In this document: in pieces, positions 61,220 to 64,000 of the stretch
Numbering within the stretch: the stretch's first letter is position 1
Layout of the letters: each line of letters opens with the position of its first letter
Position numbers and translations under genes: made by a program
The notes under the pieces: generated by a model
What the model was told of the DNA's origin: nothing
Databases searched by the model: none
The model's input: the letters and a program-made list of their open reading frames with translations, nothing else
DNA from: Desulfatiglandales bacterium
GTDB lineage: Bacteria; Desulfobacterota; DSM-4660; Desulfatiglandales; Desulfatiglandaceae
Direction of reading: 5' to 3'
NCBI GenBank assembly: GCA_963666345.1
Contig: OY762721.1
Coordinates: 2,144,001 to 2,208,000 of the forward strand
Length of the DNA stretch: 64,000 nucleotides

Positions 61220-64000
61220 AATAGTTCCATCTGTTTATAAGGCCTTTTTTTTGGGCGCCAGCCCCTTCTTTCAAGCCGGTTAAGCAGGGAAATCGGTATG
61301 CTGGAAATAAAGGGCGAAGGTGCCAGGAATAATACCTGACCCTTCAGGCCCCTTTTCTTAGCATGGGAAATAACGAGCCTGCTTTTTGCGCGGGTCATGC
61401 CCACATAAAAAAGCCTTTTTTCCTCTTCCAGATTGGCGTCACCGAAAAGGGTCATCGGGATGATACCGTCTTCACAGCCGGTTATGAAAACCACCGGCCA
61501 TTCAAGACCTTTTGCCGAGTGAAGGGACATGAGAGCGACACGGTCTCCCATAAGCAGGGAGTGATCTATCCCCCTTTCGAGAGAGAGGAAGTCGAGGAAG
61601 CCCTTAAGGGAACCGTTAAACTCATTCGCAAACAGTCTGAACCGATTGACGGCCTCCTTTTCTTCATCTGTTGAGGCGATAAGCCTGTGCTTTTCTATGG
61701 CAAGCTCAACAAGCTCTACCTTGTCTTTCTTCATGTCAATAGAGAAATCGGCCCTTATCTCGCCCAACCCCTGATTGGCTAAGATCTTTTCATATACCAG
61801 GGGGAAAAAGGGGTTTTCCGGATAACTGCAACATTGCAGATACCGCCAGATGAGTTCAATGGATCGGTTTTTGACAAGCGGCTTTTCGCCTGACCGGACA
61901 AAGGGGATCCCTGCCCGCTTAAAGGCTTTTTCCAGGGTGTCTCCCTGTGCGTTGAGCCTGTAAAGTACCCCTATGTCTCCAAAGGAAAGGGAATCGTCAC
62001 CCTCATGGGATTCCACGCGCCCGCTGTCCAATGAAAAATAGGACGTCCCGCCCATAAACCTCTCCACCTGCTCGACAATCATTTCCGCCTCTTCATCATC
62101 GGTATTGCAGGATGCATGAAAAACAGGGAACCCGCCCTTTTCTTTTGTCTCAAGGGGTGCGTTATGGAGGAGTGCGGCAGCTCCTTTTAGAATGGTCTCC
62201 GTGGAACGATAGTTGCGCTTTAGTGTCACCTCTTTTGCGCCTGGAAAGTCGGTATGGAATCGGAGAAAATTTTCCACGTCCGAACCTCTGAAACCGTATA
62301 TGGCCTGATCGGGATCCCCTATCGCAAAGAGGCTTGTTTTTCCCGCTCCGGCAATCATTTTTAATACCTCGGCCTGGAGCGGATTTGTATCCTGATATTC
62401 ATCAACGAATAACCAGGGGCATTTTTCAGAATAAAAAGAGCTCAGATCGGGGTCTTCACGCAGGAGTCTGAGCGCCTCTATCTCCAGATCATATAGATCG
62501 AGCATTGACATGGCTTTTAGACGATCCTGGTAGAGGGAAAAAGGGGAGGCCTTATTATCGAACAATGGGAGATGCCTTTGTCCCATCAAATCAGAGCCTT
62601 TATAAAGGACAAGGCCGTTCAGGAATTTTTTCAGACTCATACCCTTTTGATCAGATGCCTTTATCGCCTCCTGAGCTATATACTCCGCATCAAATTCAGT
62701 GCAGAGGGAAAAGCCATCTTCAAATCCTGCCTTATCAGCGTTGTTTCTGAGAATATCAAGACAGAAGCGGTGGAATGTGGAGACATGGATCGCCCCTGGT
62801 TTTTCCAGACTCAATAGCCTGCCGAGTCTCTGCTCCATCTCCCGTGCGGCCTTTCTGGTGAAGGTGAGGGCCAGAATCTGCTCAGGTTTTGCGATCTTTT
62901 CACGGATAAGATAGGCGATCCTGTGTGTAAGAGTCAGGGTTTTGCCGGTTCCCGGCCCCGCTACTACCAGCAGGTGCCCCCCGCTATGTTTGACGGCAGC
63001 GGCCTGTTCCTGATTTAAAGTATCCAGGATATGATCGGATATCGGCGGTTTCTTTAGGACCGGGCAGGATTTGTCTTTGATGAGTGAGGCCGGTTTGTTC
63101 GATTTTTTTTTCGAAGGCCCGACCTTTTTAGATCTGTCGGAAAAAAGGGCCATCTGGCCGCAAAGGCCGGCCTTTTCAGAATCATCAAACAGATGTATGG
63201 TACCATATTCTCCGTCATAACCCTCTTTGCAGATTATGCGGTTTTGCCTCATCCTGAAGATCGCCTCCTTGAGCGCCGCTCCGCCCGCCTCTTCCAGATC
63301 GGAGAGCTGAAGGTCAAGCAGGATATTGAGCTCCGGTCCCAGGGTATTCAAAAGGCCCTCATACACGCCCTGGACTTTTTTGGTTGCCGGGCCGCAATTG
63401 AGCAGTTCGGATATTATTTCAGCAAGGGGGATGAGGCTGACAAAATCCTTTGATATCTCAGGGGTTCGTCGGTCTGAGAGCTGGAATATCCTGTTTAAGA
63501 CCCCCACGGTAAGAGGCCGGCCGCAGACCGGACATATCCCCTTTAATCTCAGGGTCTCTTTCGGGTGGCATCTGATATTGCATTTGCGATGGCCGTCGAG
63601 GTGATATTTCCCCTCCTGAGGGAAAAATTCGACAGTGCCCAGGAAACCGGTGCCCTTTGTCAGGGCAAGTGCCAGACAGTCATAGTCCGGATCAATTTCA
63701 AGAATATTTGCCTCCCGTCCCAGTTTGGAAGGGGAATGGGCGTCTGAATTTGAGATAAGCAGAAAATCGTCCAGCTTGGAAATAAGGCGATTCATCGGTG
63801 GGTCTGATGAAAGACCTGTCTCAAGGGCGTGAATGTGACCGGTGAGGTCTTCGAAGCATTCCTCAATGGTGTCGAATCCTGACTTTGACCCGAAAAGGGA
63901 AAACCATGGGGTCCAGATGTGTGCAGGTATGAACAGCGCCCTGTCATCCGCCTCCAGGGCCAACTCCAGGAGATTCCTTGAGTCGATACCAAGAATGGGT
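61216..64000 (-). CDS. PHP-like (TIGR00375-type) domain fused to a UvrD/Rep SF1 helicase; 5' end outside the window
   Basis: Frame is open to 64000 (..PILGIDSRNLLEL). PAHIWTPWFS, ETGLSSDP, SNSDAHS, GKYH.DGHR.C; AGPGTGKT, VDEYQD, GDPDQ.IY.FRG, H.AKGLE, YVGMTRA. Confidence 0.88.
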   Translation of the reverse strand, partial: PILGIDSRNLLELALEADDRALFIPAHIWTPWFSLFGSKSGFDTIEECFEDLTGHIHALETGLSSDPPMNRLISKLDDFLLISNSDAHSPSKLGREANILEIDPDYDCLALALTKGTGFLGTVEFFPQEGKYHLDGHRKCNIRCHPKETLRLKGICPVCGRPLTVGVLNRIFQLSDRRTPEISKDFVSLIPLAEIISELLNCGPATKKVQGVYEGLLNTLGPELNILLDLQLSDLEEAGGAALKEAIFRMRQNRIICKEGYDGEYGTIHLFDDSEKAGLCGQMALFSDRSKKVGPSKKKSNKPASLIKDKSCPVLKKPPISDHILDTLNQEQAAAVKHSGGHLLVVAGPGTGKTLTLTHRIAYLIREKIAKPEQILALTFTRKAAREMEQRLGRLLSLEKPGAIHVSTFHRFCLDILRNNADKAGFEDGFSLCTEFDAEYIAQEAIKASDQKGMSLKKFLNGLVLYKGSDLMGQRHLPLFDNKASPFSLYQDRLKAMSMLDLYDLEIEALRLLREDPDLSSFYSEKCPWLFVDEYQDTNPLQAEVLKMIAGAGKTSLFAIGDPDQAIYGFRGSDVENFLRFHTDFPGAKEVTLKRNYRSTETILKGAAALLHNAPLETKEKGGFPVFHASCNTDDEEAEMIVEQVERFMGGTSYFSLDSGRVESHEGDDSLSFGDIGVLYRLNAQGDTLEKAFKRAGIPFVRSGEKPLVKNRSIELIWRYLQCCSYPENPFFPLVYEKILANQGLGEIRADFSIDMKKDKVELVELAIEKHRLIASTDEEKEAVNRFRLFANEFNGSLKGFLDFLSLERGIDHSLLMGDRVALMSLHSAKGLEWPVVFITGCEDGIIPMTLFGDANLEEEKRLFYVGMTRAKSRLVISHAKKRGLKGQVLFLAPSPFISSIPISLLNRLERRGWRPKKRPYKQMELF

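Overview
Origin-proximal core chromosome of an anaerobic deltaproteobacterium (Desulfobacterota-like; inferred from gene content). Left to right: a Wood-Ljungdahl carbonyl-branch cluster (acsE partial, acsC, acsB, cooS, acsD, cooC) beside dnaA, the probable oriC, dnaN, gyrB, gyrA and gpsA; a second convergent dnaA paralog; ddl, a perfect parS, parAB and plsY; a dusB/ispH-ubiA fusion/GT2 operon; an orphan NuoEFG/HoxEFU-like diaphorase module; an M16C peptidase; class II RNR with tandem NrdR boxes; a hydantoinase-A/HDAC-like/YcaO trio; acn, icd and gltA; an XRE-cupin regulator with a 2-oxoacid oxidoreductase whose delta subunit carries an inserted GltD/NfnB-like flavoprotein; GAF-HD-GYP; a 751-aa unknown with folE2 and a truncated purH; and a PHP-UvrD fusion cut by the window end. 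No rRNA, tRNA, CRISPR or transposase was recognised. Best leads: the hydantoinase-A/HDAC/YcaO trio, two DnaAs with complementary motif losses, NrdR-like boxes and a long sORF-bearing leader ahead of the acs operon, and the PorD::GltD insertion. All calls come from motif recognition by eye, with no database searches.
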